A DNA stretch of 57,578 nt from positions 1-57,578 of the forward strand of contig DASZJU010000219.1 of NCBI GenBank assembly GCA_035947815.1, read 5' to 3'. The stretch is from Reyranella sp. GTDB lineage: Bacteria > Pseudomonadota > Alphaproteobacteria > Reyranellales > Reyranellaceae. The translations under genes and the position numbers were made by a program. The notes under the pieces were generated by a model. It saw nothing but the letters and a program-made list of their open reading frames with translations. It ran no database searches and was not told where the DNA came from. Below, piece after piece: positions 57,260 to 57,578 of the stretch; the first letter of the stretch is position 1, and each line of letters begins with the position of its first letter.

Positions 57260-57578
57260 ACCTCGACTATTCGGCCGTCCCCAAAATGTCGGACGGGCGC
57301 ACCGCCGCCGAACACATTTCGGCAATCGAAGCCACGTCACGCGCCGTGCGGGTGCCGATGGGGAATGGCGGCCGCATGATGTGGCACGTCTGGGGCGAAG
57401 GCTCGGGCAAGCCGGTCCTGCTGCTTTTCCATGGCGGCTCGGGCTCGTGGATCCATTGGATCCGGAACGTCCAGCCGCTGGTGAAGCACTTCACCGTCTA
57501 CGCCGCCGACCTGCCCGGTTTGGGCGACAGCGATCCGCCCGACGATGTGCGCGACGTCTGGTCGGTGACGCGCTGCGT
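57256..57578 (+). CDS. Alpha/beta hydrolase (3' end runs off the window)
   Basis: LLFHGGSGSWIHW, AADLPGLGDS. Confidence 0.85.
   Translation, partial: MNLDYSAVPKMSDGRTAAEHISAIEATSRAVRVPMGNGGRMMWHVWGEGSGKPVLLLFHGGSGSWIHWIRNVQPLVKHFTVYAADLPGLGDSDPPDDVRDVWSVTRC

Overview
High-GC alphaproteobacterial chromosomal window; gene order and style resemble Rhodospirillales/Reyranella, which is an inference only. The left 35 kb is mostly core genome. It holds the conserved usp-nifU-tsaB-rimI-fur-olsB-olsA-miaB-phoH-ybeY-corC-lnt-XRE-metK string with several small insertions, a truncated gloB, metX-metW under a SAM-II riboswitch plus terminator, chorismate mutase-hisC-tyrC-chaC, and an acyl-CoA dehydrogenase/3-hydroxyproline dehydratase pair. 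tRNA-Gly(CCC) at 34982-35056 is the insertion site of an 8.5-kb integrase-less genomic island, with a 57-bp direct repeat at 43522-43578. All seven non-regulatory island genes carry apparent export signals: an AHL-lactonase-like metallo-hydrolase, a Tat-like amidohydrolase, DUF2141, two Tat-signal crotonases, an alpha/beta hydrolase and a GlcG/HbpS protein. This island is the best candidate for an undescribed periplasmic signal-degrading or catabolic system. To the right lie an orphan DpgC-like dioxygenase, regBA, a NOX/ferric-reductase gene with an unannotated 31-aa membrane ORF, an atypical heme-copper oxidase cluster (subunit I-III fusion with several proton-channel substitutions), pyrC and two hydrolases. 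Several REP/CIR-like palindromic elements are present. All calls come from visual motif recognition; no database search was run.
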